Below are positions 9,148 through 17,231 of a DNA stretch of 38,102 nt, piece after piece. The notes under the pieces were generated by a model. That model saw only the letters and a program-made list of their open reading frames with translations, was not told where the DNA came from and searched no databases. Position numbers and translations under genes: made by a program. The stretch's first letter is position 1, and every line of letters begins with the position of its first letter. Origin of the DNA: a virus (lineage: Duplodnaviria; Caudoviricetes); the IMG/VR virus record IMGVR_UViG_3300048599_000143, positions 1-38,102 of that record, one strand, 5' to 3'.

Positions 9148-9428
9148 AGACCGAATACATCGCCCTCACCCCTCTCGGCTTTGCCGCTGCTGTTATCGCC
9201 GGCATTCTAATCGGCGCCACCGTGAACGCACCGAGCGCGACCAACATCGTCTCGCTGCTCTCGATCGCGGCCATCCTAGCGCTCCACGTCCGCAACGACG
9301 CCCGCCAGCCGATCGGGACTGGCAGTTATCGGCGAACCGCCTTCTTGGCTTGGCGACTGAACGAGGAGTCGAGACAGACCATCCTGCCGGACGCTCCAGT
9401 CGAGTTCGAGCGGAGGAATTTGAATTGA
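9144..9428 (+). CDS. Small membrane protein (two hydrophobic segments)
   Basis: GTGA overlap; hydrophobic stretches. Confidence 0.55.
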   Translation: MKTEYIALTPLGFAAAVIAGILIGATVNAPSATNIVSLLSIAAILALHVRNDARQPIGTGSYRRTAFLAWRLNEESRQTILPDAPVEFERRNLN

Positions 9429-9826
9429 TCTCCACCCGCCGCAAGCGCGCCCGCAAAGCGATCGCCATCCGCGAGATCGCCGCCGCGGCTTTGTCGCAGC
9501 TCCTGCCCGAATCGGAGCGAACCGCGCTGCGCGAGGCCAAGGTGCCGGCCCGGCAGATCATCAGCCTGTTCACGCCCGATCACGTGATCCTGCACGCGCT
9601 CGGCGGCCCGGACCGATGGTTCAACATCACCATGACGCGCCGCGGTCCGGCGCTCAAAGCCAAGGACAGCGCTGACACGTCCCGCGTCGCCAAGGTCGAT
9701 CGCATCATCGACCAGGCCAACAGCCACGCCCGCGCGATGGCACTGAAGCAATGCGGCCAAAAGCGAAAGCCCAAGGGCTCGATCCCGTCCCGCCCCTTCC
9801 CCCCGACCCGAAAGCAAAGGTTCTGA
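9425..9826 (+). CDS. Degenerate HNH-like protein
   Basis: DHVILHALGGPD..FNI...K...D...VAK..R resembles small phage HNH proteins but lacks CxxCH; GGAGG RBS; TTGA overlap. Confidence 0.55.
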   Translation: MISTRRKRARKAIAIREIAAAALSQLLPESERTALREAKVPARQIISLFTPDHVILHALGGPDRWFNITMTRRGPALKAKDSADTSRVAKVDRIIDQANSHARAMALKQCGQKRKPKGSIPSRPFPPTRKQRF

Positions 9827-9828
9827 CC

Positions 9829-10110
9829 ATGAGCATGGTAGCCGAAGCCCTTTCCGTGAATCCGACGCGCCGGAAAGCCTCCGCAATCGTGAAGCGCTCT
9901 GTGGCCGTCTCCGGACACAAGACCAGCATCACGCTGGAATTCGACTTCTGGGCGCGGCTGAAGGAGATCGCCCGCCAGCGCGAGATCACGATGTCGGTCC
10001 TGCTCGGCGAGATCGCCGGAGCGCGCCAGGGCAATTCCAACCTGTCGAGCGCCTGCCGGCTGTTCGTGCTCCGCGAGCTGCTCGGCCAGATCGAGCGGAA
10101 GCCGCAATGA
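9829..10110 (+). CDS. Ribbon-helix-helix (RHH_4) DNA-binding protein
   Basis: IVKRSVAVSGHKTSITLE..FW..LKEIA...NLSSACRLFVL. Confidence 0.88.
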   Translation: MSMVAEALSVNPTRRKASAIVKRSVAVSGHKTSITLEFDFWARLKEIARQREITMSVLLGEIAGARQGNSNLSSACRLFVLRELLGQIERKPQ

Positions 10111-10535
10111 GCGATAACGCCAAGGTGCCAGAGCCGATCCCGGCATACGTCTCCGACGACATGCTGCATCAGCTCGTTGCGCCCCAGATCGGGCGCGATC
10201 GCTTCCGGGCGCAGATCAGGGATTTGGAAGACCGCGAAGGTTTTCCCAAGGCTAACCCTCTGTTTCGTGGGCGTTATTGGCGTTCTGTGTGTGCGTGGCT
10301 GGACCAAAGGAATGGAGTCGGGACAAATGCCCCCGCAGACACAGGCGAGGACGGGCCAGAAAACTTCGATGCCCCCGCGTGGCGAGAGACAAGGCTTCAA
10401 AATCGGCAGAAACGGCCGTCGCTATTGGATTGCGAGCCAGGCGCGGCGGGCGGGAACGCTAGGCTTTCCGGACGCGACGATCGAGCTGCCGGGCCGAGGC
10501 CCCTTGCCATCGTTGGACGAAACGGCGACCGATAA
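10107..10535 (+). CDS. Putative excisionase (Xis-like HTH)
   Basis: Directly upstream of and overlapping int; GFPK.NPLF.GRYW.SV.AWLD pattern. Confidence 0.6.
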   Translation: MSDNAKVPEPIPAYVSDDMLHQLVAPQIGRDRFRAQIRDLEDREGFPKANPLFRGRYWRSVCAWLDQRNGVGTNAPADTGEDGPENFDAPAWRETRLQNRQKRPSLLDCEPGAAGGNARLSGRDDRAAGPRPLAIVGRNGDR

Positions 10536-11697
10536 GCAGCGCGCCGAGGTCGAACAGATCAATGAACTTTGTGCAGGCTATACCGCGCGCCTCATTGCCT
10601 GGATCCACGAGCAGGGAAAAATCGCTGCGGCCGAGGGGACGCAGGAGACCAGGACACGCTATGACGGCACGGTGCGCAGCGGTTGCCGCATCTTTCAGGA
10701 GCACAAGCTCTCGCCGTTCAATACGCGATTCAAGTTTAATACCCAAAAAACCTGCATCAGCTTCCTAAAGCTGATCGAGGCGACGGCCGGCCATCATATG
10801 TTCCGCAACGTGACCGTGCCGCTCGTCCAATCCTGGTACGAGGATTGGCGCGCACCGGATTTTAACGGTGATGACGAGCACGTCAAACGCGCGCACGAAG
10901 GCGTTTCGACATTGCGGCAAGTGGTCTACTTCCTGACCGCCATGCGAAAGTACGACGGAGTTTCGAAGCTCGCCGCAGAGTTGCAGCTTGTACAGTTTGA
11001 AAAGCCGCAGGCGCGCACGCAGGAGATCACCTACGAGCAGGCCGTCGCGTTCTGCAAGGCTGCCGAACAGCTGGCAGCGATCGGCAAGATGCCGGCCGAG
11101 CGTGCTCTCCATATGCAGATAGGTGTGATGTCGCAATTCGATCTGATGTTGAGGGAAAAAGACGTCATCGGCGAATGGGCGCCGGCGGGCGCAAAGCGCA
11201 GGCTGCCGCCAAGCATTACGGTGCTCGACCGCGGAGCCGAGGCCTGGGCTGGCTATTACACCTGGGAAAATCTGCACGGCTGGCGATGGATCATGCGCAC
11301 GTCGAAGTCTCGCTTCCGCGAAATCGGCGATTTTCAGCTTGAGAACTACAGCCTGCTTTTCCCGCTCCTCGAGCGGGTTCCACATTCCGAGCGGACCGGC
11401 GCGATCGTCAAGGGCGAGCACGGCCTTCCGATGCGCGCGCGAAGCTACTCCAATTGGTTTAGGGAGATAGCGATCATTGCAAAGCTCCCGCGGGACGTCT
11501 GGAAAATGGATGGCCGTGCTGGCGGCGCCGGCGAGGCCAAGCGCTCCGGTGCGAAGCTGGATGACATTCAGGACGCCCTCACGCACAAGACCCCGGCGAT
11601 GACGCGCCGATACATTCGCAGTGGTCGCGCCGACGGGATTGCTGCTGTTGCTAGCGCGCGTGCCGCGTCGCGACCTAAATCATCCGATCCAGTATAG
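10369..11697 (+). CDS. int: Tyrosine recombinase / phage integrase
   Basis: R (LMLREKDV), K (RTSKS), MDGR in place of HxxR, H (ALTH), Y (MTRRY); adjacent att core; start uncertain (10312, 10327 or 10369). Confidence 0.88.
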   Translation: MPPRGERQGFKIGRNGRRYWIASQARRAGTLGFPDATIELPGRGPLPSLDETATDKQRAEVEQINELCAGYTARLIAWIHEQGKIAAAEGTQETRTRYDGTVRSGCRIFQEHKLSPFNTRFKFNTQKTCISFLKLIEATAGHHMFRNVTVPLVQSWYEDWRAPDFNGDDEHVKRAHEGVSTLRQVVYFLTAMRKYDGVSKLAAELQLVQFEKPQARTQEITYEQAVAFCKAAEQLAAIGKMPAERALHMQIGVMSQFDLMLREKDVIGEWAPAGAKRRLPPSITVLDRGAEAWAGYYTWENLHGWRWIMRTSKSRFREIGDFQLENYSLLFPLLERVPHSERTGAIVKGEHGLPMRARSYSNWFREIAIIAKLPRDVWKMDGRAGGAGEAKRSGAKLDDIQDALTHKTPAMTRRYIRSGRADGIAAVASARAASRPKSSDPV

Positions 11698-11763
11698 GCG
11701 GGGGAACGCCGTGAGAACCGCGGGTGAGAATCGCCTGAGAATCGCTTATCGAAAACTGAGAGG

Positions 11764-11822
11764 AATCAATATGATAGGATGGTGCGCGCGACAGGGATCG
11801 AACCTATCCCAACCCATTGAAT
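11764..11822. promoter_or_regulatory. Two IHF-like sites flanking the att core
   Basis: aatcaatatgata (11764-11776) and caacccattgaat (11810-11822) each differ by one base from WATCAANNNNTTR or its reverse complement. Confidence 0.5.
11780..11805 (-). other. attP core: tRNA 3'-end fragment (AGGTTCGATCCCTGTCGCGCGCACCA)
   Basis: T-arm, acceptor strand, discriminator A and CCA on the - strand, about 80 bp after the int stop; resembles alphaproteobacterial tRNA-Val 3' ends from memory. Confidence 0.85.
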
Positions 11823-11910
11823 CTGCTAGCGGCGATTCTCAGAAATGCCGGTTTGCCCCGGCGAATGACCGCCACTTCACCCTTGCGATTCTCGAATTGC
11901 CGGCGCGCCG

Positions 11911-12345
11911 ATGACTACCGCGCGCCGCTGGTTTCTCCACCACATCAGCGACGTCCTCGGCTCGCCAGACGATCGCACCGAGGTTCTCCTGCCGACTACG
12001 AGCCAGGCTATCTGCCCTGTTGGGTGCGCGCGGTCGGCGAGCCGAAGTCATGGGCGTCGAGTTGGCGTGCACGGATCTGCGGCGCAGCCTGGGTCCTGTG
12101 CGGCAAGGCCATCGCCCTGCAATGGCCGATGGGCCGGGCAGCTCGAGCTCGCCTATTACGGCAAGCCCGATGATCCGCGGGAGGAGACGGCCGAGGAATT
12201 GAAATTCCGGGAGTTCTTCGAGGGTCCGCAACGGACGCCGGAGCAGATCCGAATGTTCGAAGCTGCTCGAGGCGATATCGAGCGGATCACTAATATTCGG
12301 CCGATCCCAATCATCAACTTCCGTCGAAATGGAGAGCCAACATGA
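11911..12345 (+). CDS. Hypothetical protein, probably with an internal pair of compensating frameshifts
   Basis: Protein-like ends in frame 1; protein-like middle in frame 3; ATGA overlap with the ATPase gene. Confidence 0.55.
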   Translation: MTTARRWFLHHISDVLGSPDDRTEVLLPTTSQAICPVGCARSASRSHGRRVGVHGSAAQPGSCAARPSPCNGRWAGQLELAYYGKPDDPREETAEELKFREFFEGPQRTPEQIRMFEAARGDIERITNIRPIPIINFRRNGEPT

Positions 12346-14231
12346 GCGCGGATGCGCGCATGGCCGCGGCGCTGCGCGGCCGATCGTTTTCGGGTCAGGC
12401 GGCGCCAGCTCGTCCGGAAAGCAACGTTGTTCCGCTCGCTTTGCCAAAGCTCCGAGACGGTGACATCCATCTTGGCGATACGGCCGCCAATATCCCCGTC
12501 GGCATCGATCTCGGGAAGCTGATCGAAGGCCGGTTGCTCATCCAAGGAAATTCCGGCGCGGGCAAATCGATGCTCCTGCGCCGGTTGTTCGAGCAGGCCT
12601 TCGGCCGCGTGCAGCAACTGCTCATCGATCCGGACGGCGAGTTTTCGACGCTGGCTGACAGCTTCGATGTCGCAGTTTTGAACTCAGCGGAAATGCTTCG
12701 GGTCGGTGGCGGCGCTTTCGCGCACCATTTGCGCGAACACCAATACAGCGCTGTGCTGGATCTGTCGGACGCCACCTCCGAGCAGCGTTTATCGATCGTC
12801 GCAGATATCGCAGCCGGTCTTGTCAATGCTCCGGAGGCGCACTGGCGCCCTCTCCTGGTCTTAATCGACGAGGCGCAGACATTCGCGCCTCACTACGACA
12901 CAGGCGATGTCGACGCCGAAACACGCAAGCGGGCGATTGCGTCGCTGGCCGACTTAATGGGCCGCGGCCGCAAACGAGGCGTCGCTGGCATCATTGCGAC
13001 GCAGCGCCTTGCAGAAACCTCCAAAGCTGTCTGCAGCAAGGCGACAAACATCATCGTTGGCCGGACCATCTTTGATCGCGACCTGGAGCGCGCCGGCGCC
13101 TTGCTCGGTTTTACGGTCGGACAAAGCCGCCCGATCCGCACGCTGCCTGACGGCGAATTCCTTTGCCTTGGACCGGCACTCGCCGGGCCAAAGCGGATGC
13201 GCTTCAAGGCCGGCCCCGTGGTGACTCGGCACAAGGGCGCGGCGCCGAAGGTCGCTCCGCCGCCGAAAATGTCGGCTGCGCAATCGGTCGCCTTGCTCAA
13301 GCAGGTGCCCGGACAGTCGGCCGAAGGCTCGCCTTCCGCCGGCGCACAGCGTAACGAACGTGGAGTGCGGCGCGGTCGAGACTGGCGGCCCGAGGAGGAT
13401 GAGATCATTCGTGCCGGTTACGCCGTCGGCCAGCCAATCGCGGCCATTGGCGCCCAACTCGCGGCGATCGGATACGGCACGTCGACGAGCAACATCTCGA
13501 TGCGTGCACATTCACTCGGGCTGATCAGCGCCAGAGCGGCCGTGGCTTGGTCAGATCGAGAAGATGAGATCGTTCGCGACGCCTATGTCCGCGAGGTCCG
13601 CATCATCGACATCGTCGACTTACTCGCGGCGGAAGGCTTCGCCCGCGGCCGCGTTGCCATTCAGATGCGGGCAATCGGTCTGGGTATCACGCGCGACCGC
13701 GTGAATTACTGGACCGAGCCGGAAAAGGCGATCGCCACCGCCGGTCTTGAGGCCGGCAAGCCGCATCGTGAAATTCTAGAGGAGTTGCGTCAGGCGGGAT
13801 TCCATCGCGGTGTCACCGCGCTGTTCAAATTTGCCCAAAAGAACAATTTTAGCCGCGGGGCGGAGGCCTGGACACTGGACGAGCTCGACAAGCTCAAGAA
13901 CCTGTATGCCAAAAAGTTGCCGGTTAAAGAAATCGCGGAACAGATCGGCAAATCGATCTCGGCCGTCCGGGGGAAAGCGAGCGTACTCGGGCTGAAGATG
14001 CGCGAAGCTTGGACTGAGGAAGATTACAAGCGCCTTCGACGGTACAGCGAAGACGGCACGAGCCTGATCGCTGCGGCGCAAAATCTCGGGCGGTCCTACA
14101 TAAACGTGTCGCGCGTCGCTTCGACGTTGCGGCTTGACTTCAGTCAGAACCGGAAAACGAAAGCGGCGTCGAAACCTGTCGAGCGTGCGAAGCCGAAGGC
14201 CAGCAAACGCAAGGCAGGAAAAAAGCGATGA
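12342..14231 (+). CDS. HerA/FtsK-superfamily (DUF87) ATPase fused to five Myb/GcrA-like HTH repeats
   Basis: GNSGAGKS, LLIDPDGEF, VLIDEAQ, GRGRKRG, ATQR; C-terminal W-x3-[ED] repeats; GGAG RBS. Confidence 0.85.
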   Translation: MSADARMAAALRGRSFSGQAAPARPESNVVPLALPKLRDGDIHLGDTAANIPVGIDLGKLIEGRLLIQGNSGAGKSMLLRRLFEQAFGRVQQLLIDPDGEFSTLADSFDVAVLNSAEMLRVGGGAFAHHLREHQYSAVLDLSDATSEQRLSIVADIAAGLVNAPEAHWRPLLVLIDEAQTFAPHYDTGDVDAETRKRAIASLADLMGRGRKRGVAGIIATQRLAETSKAVCSKATNIIVGRTIFDRDLERAGALLGFTVGQSRPIRTLPDGEFLCLGPALAGPKRMRFKAGPVVTRHKGAAPKVAPPPKMSAAQSVALLKQVPGQSAEGSPSAGAQRNERGVRRGRDWRPEEDEIIRAGYAVGQPIAAIGAQLAAIGYGTSTSNISMRAHSLGLISARAAVAWSDREDEIVRDAYVREVRIIDIVDLLAAEGFARGRVAIQMRAIGLGITRDRVNYWTEPEKAIATAGLEAGKPHREILEELRQAGFHRGVTALFKFAQKNNFSRGAEAWTLDELDKLKNLYAKKLPVKEIAEQIGKSISAVRGKASVLGLKMREAWTEEDYKRLRRYSEDGTSLIAAAQNLGRSYINVSRVASTLRLDFSQNRKTKAASKPVERAKPKASKRKAGKKR

Positions 14232-16000
14232 GACATCCCATTCCGCGTGAAGCGTTGGACGATCGGCTCGGCTTCATCGGCACGTCGGGCTCGGGCAAGA
14301 CCTACAATGCCGGTACCGCCATCGAAATCCTGCTGTCGAACAAGCATCGCGTCGTCATCATCGACCCGCTCGGGGTGTGGTGGGGCTTGCGGCTCAATGC
14401 CGACGGCAAGAGCAAGGGCTTCGACATCGCGATCTTCGGCGGACCGCATGGCGACCTGCCGCTGACCGAAAACGCCGGCGCGCTGATCGGCGAGACCGCG
14501 ATCGGCATGAAGGAAAGCTGCATCATCGATCTGAGCGAGCTCAAGACGCGCTCGGCCGAACGCCGCTTCATGGTCGCATTTCTCGAAACGATCTATCGCA
14601 AAGCTTCCGGTGATCCCTTCCACCTGGTCGTGGACGAGGCCGACCTGTTCGCACCGCAGCGGCCGCAGGCAGGCGACGAGGTCCTGCTTGGGCACATGGA
14701 GAACATTGTTCGCCGCGGCCGGGTGAAGGGGTTCATCCCGTGGATCATCTCTCAGCGGCCGGCGGTCGTGAACAAGAACGTGTTGAGCCAGGTCGATGGC
14801 CTGCTCGCGTTCAAGCTCACATCCGTGCAGGACCGCGACGCTCTCGATAGCTGGATCGAGGGGCAAGCCGACAAGGCGGTCGGTAAGGAAATCAAGGCGT
14901 CGCTGCCGGCGCTGCAGATCGGCCAGGGCGTGGTCTGGCTGCCCGGCCATCAGATCCTGCGCACCGCGGACTTCCCGAAGAAAGCGACCTTCGACAGCTC
15001 GCGGCGTCTGAAACGAGGGGAAAAATCGAAGGCCAAGGCGCTCAAGCCGCTCAACCTCGATGCGCTGAAGACAAAGTTGGCCGCCGTCGAGGCCGAGCAC
15101 AAAGCCGACAATCCGAAAGCGTTGCGCGCGGACAAGGCGAAGCTGCTCGCGGAGAGGGCCGCGCTCGATCGCCAGATCGAAGCTCTCAAGAAAGCGGTAC
15201 CGAAGGCCGATCCCGATGCGATCCGGAAGGCTCAAGAGCAAGGCTTCGAGACCGCCAGAAAGAAGCTGGAGAACAAGTTCAAGCGCGAGCTCATCAAGGC
15301 GAAGCGCGAAGCTTTGACCACCGTGGCGGCCGAGTTGACGAAGTTCGCCAACATCGTCGGCCAGAGCCTCAAGAACTTCGATGTCGAGGACAAGGCGCTC
15401 GCGATCGAGTTTGATGTTCCGCCCGTCGCGCCGTCACGCGTGACAGTGCCCCGCCCCGTGACAAGCCTCCCACCCCAAACACCGTCCCCGGCCAAGCCTG
15501 TTACCCCGATCGCCGGCGACGGCAGTTTCACCGCCCCGCAGATGAAGGTCCTGCGCTCGCTCGCGATGTGGAGGGCGCTCGGCCACGACAGCCCGACCCG
15601 TGAAATGGTCGCGGCAGCGTCCGGCTATAGCCCGTCCTCGGGCGGCTTTAATAATCTTCTCGGCGGTCTCGCCACGATGGGCGCGATCGGCAAGCCGATG
15701 CCCGGAACGGTGTCCCTCCTGACCGAAGCCGCCGACATGACGATCGACGAAGGCCGGGCGATGCTGTGGGGCAATCTCAGCGCTCCGCAGCAAAAGCTCG
15801 TCTCGGCGCTGGTCGGAGTGGCCGAGGCCTCCCGCGAGCAGCTCGGCGAAGCCACCGGCTATTCCGCGTCTTCTGGCGGGTTCAACAACCTGATCGGCTC
15901 GCTGAACACCCTCGGCATCTTCGTGAAGCCGAAGCAGGGCTATGTGGCGCTCTCCGGTTGGGCGCAGGAACTGCTCGGCGGCATGGCGGAGGCGGCATGA
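14228..16000 (+). CDS. Second HerA/DUF87 ATPase with a coiled coil and two C-terminal winged-helix repeats
   Basis: GTSGSGKT, IIDPLG, VVDEAD, RRGRVKG, SQRP; duplicated GYS.SSGGFNNL.G.L motif. Confidence 0.88.
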   Translation: MRHPIPREALDDRLGFIGTSGSGKTYNAGTAIEILLSNKHRVVIIDPLGVWWGLRLNADGKSKGFDIAIFGGPHGDLPLTENAGALIGETAIGMKESCIIDLSELKTRSAERRFMVAFLETIYRKASGDPFHLVVDEADLFAPQRPQAGDEVLLGHMENIVRRGRVKGFIPWIISQRPAVVNKNVLSQVDGLLAFKLTSVQDRDALDSWIEGQADKAVGKEIKASLPALQIGQGVVWLPGHQILRTADFPKKATFDSSRRLKRGEKSKAKALKPLNLDALKTKLAAVEAEHKADNPKALRADKAKLLAERAALDRQIEALKKAVPKADPDAIRKAQEQGFETARKKLENKFKRELIKAKREALTTVAAELTKFANIVGQSLKNFDVEDKALAIEFDVPPVAPSRVTVPRPVTSLPPQTPSPAKPVTPIAGDGSFTAPQMKVLRSLAMWRALGHDSPTREMVAAASGYSPSSGGFNNLLGGLATMGAIGKPMPGTVSLLTEAADMTIDEGRAMLWGNLSAPQQKLVSALVGVAEASREQLGEATGYSASSGGFNNLIGSLNTLGIFVKPKQGYVALSGWAQELLGGMAEAA

Positions 16001-16389
16001 CCATCACCCTCGCCGATCTCGAAGCCGCCCATATCGTGCATGCCGCTCACCTGGACGGTCCCCGCGGCCGTAATGGCTGGTTCGGTGACATGCACCGTTG
16101 CGTGCAGTATCCGCGCCTGCAGCGCCGCGTGCGCTACTTCCGCAAGGACCGCAGCCACGATGTCACCTGGTACGTCGACGGTCAGGAAGTCGGCAAGGCG
16201 CTCGCCGACGCGCTGCCGCTGCTGAATGTCCCGCCTGAATTGACCGACGAGGAAAAGCGCGTCCTCGACATGGTGACCGACGATTTCGTCGATCTCCGCC
16301 GGCAGGGCATCACCGTTGAGCTGCTCATGCTCCAGAACAAGGGCCTGATCGAGTTTGCGGAGGGGAAATGTCGGAGGCGCGCGCCATGA
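15997..16389 (+). CDS. Hypothetical protein (MTITLADLEAAHIV...)
   Basis: GGAGG RBS; ATGA overlaps. Confidence 0.7.
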   Translation: MTITLADLEAAHIVHAAHLDGPRGRNGWFGDMHRCVQYPRLQRRVRYFRKDRSHDVTWYVDGQEVGKALADALPLLNVPPELTDEEKRVLDMVTDDFVDLRRQGITVELLMLQNKGLIEFAEGKCRRRAP

Positions 16390-16583
16390 GCGATCCGCGG
16401 GATTTCACGGTGGAAGAAATCGAGCTTGCGAGAACGCTCGCTCGGGAGAAGCCATCCACGAGCTTTCTGCAACGAAAGATGCAGATCGGCTACAATCGCG
16501 CGTCGGCACTTATGGACATTCTTGAAGCAGAGGAGCGCGTATCGGAGCCCGGTCCGGCGGGCGTTAGGACGGTGCTGAGATGA
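16386..16583 (+). CDS. Standalone FtsK gamma domain protein
   Basis: STSFLQRKMQIGYNRASALMDILEAEERVS.P...G.R.VL matches the FtsK-gamma signature; GGAGG RBS. Confidence 0.88.
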   Translation: MSDPRDFTVEEIELARTLAREKPSTSFLQRKMQIGYNRASALMDILEAEERVSEPGPAGVRTVLR

Positions 16584-16792
16584 GCCTCCTCCGCGACGAA
16601 GATCTGAAGGTAGAGGCGCTCGGCCGGCCGCCCGGCGGCCAGCATTTCGGCATGGAGACTGGCGTGCGCGTCACCCACTTGCCGTCGGGCCTGATGGCCG
16701 AGTGCAAGACCGAGCGCTCGCAGCACCGAAACAAAGCTATCGCCCTCGACATGATTCTGGGCGGCCTCACATCACCACACTATCGAGGCTAG
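16580..16792 (+). CDS. Standalone release factor GGQ (RF-1 domain 3)-like protein, 70 aa
   Basis: DLKVE...GGQH....GVRVTHLPSGL.AEC..ERSQHRNK..AL aligns with RF1/RF2 domain 3. Confidence 0.87.
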   Translation: MSLLRDEDLKVEALGRPPGGQHFGMETGVRVTHLPSGLMAECKTERSQHRNKAIALDMILGGLTSPHYRG

Positions 16793-16971
16793 TGATGCGT
16801 CGATCGCCCGGACTGCCTATCGATATAGGTGAGCGCATCAGCGAGATCGTCGGCGGCTTCCAGCGTCAGCCCGGTCTGAGCGACGCCATACAGTACCGCC
16901 GGAAGCCCGGTCACATTGTCCCGTACTGTCCAGCCGGTTGCGTCAGGAACGATGTCATATCGCGCGATCAT
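16789..16971 (-). CDS. Small hypothetical protein (GWTVRD..TGLPA...GL.LE.ADDLAD.L)
   Basis: Protein-like; convergent 4-bp overlap with the GGQ gene; motif recalled from alphaproteobacterial mobile-element proteins. Confidence 0.65.
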   Translation of the reverse strand: MIARYDIVPDATGWTVRDNVTGLPAVLYGVAQTGLTLEAADDLADALTYIDRQSGRSTHH

Positions 16972-16988
16972 TGGAGGAGTGTTTCCGC

Positions 16989-17231
16989 ATGGAGCGCGTG
17001 AGTCAATCCGGGACTTTCCTCCTCGCCTGCTCTCGCTGCACGCGGCACTGGCTTGTCCATGCGTTCATCTTCGCGCGCACCTGCCCGACCTGCGGATCGG
17101 AGCCGATGCGCTGCGATCCCTTCACCGCACCGCTCAGAAAGGAGCACCATGAGCACCACCGAAGAAAGCAGATCCCGTTCAGAGGATCCGTGGGACGCGG
17201 ATCACTACGACGACGATCCGCGCGAGGATGA
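16989..17231 (+). CDS. Possible Zn-ribbon protein (CSRC...CPTC)
   Basis: GGAGGAG upstream; two CxxC pairs; tail overlaps the next gene. Confidence 0.45.
   Translation: MERVSQSGTFLLACSRCTRHWLVHAFIFARTCPTCGSEPMRCDPFTAPLRKEHHEHHRRKQIPFRGSVGRGSLRRRSARG

Larger units (their letters stand above)
11712..11894. repeat. Putative integrase arm-type sites (TGAGAA[T/C]CGC)
   Basis: Direct copies at 11712-11721, 11725-11734 and 11736-11745; inverted copies at 11832-11841 and 11885-11894. Confidence 0.8.

Noticed and set aside
11704-11718. Alphaproteobacterial LexA box GAAC-N7-GAAC
   Set aside because: A perfect match, but most simply a by-product of the roughly 11-bp-spaced arm repeats; no promoter identified
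11780-11805. Complete tRNA gene
   Set aside because: Only the T-arm and acceptor 3' strand are present; there is no anticodon or D arm
12342-16000. Named HerA defence system (Sir2-HerA, NurA-HerA) or conjugative coupling protein
   Set aside because: No Sir2, nuclease partner, relaxase or T4SS genes are adjacent, and the ATPases have no N-terminal membrane anchor
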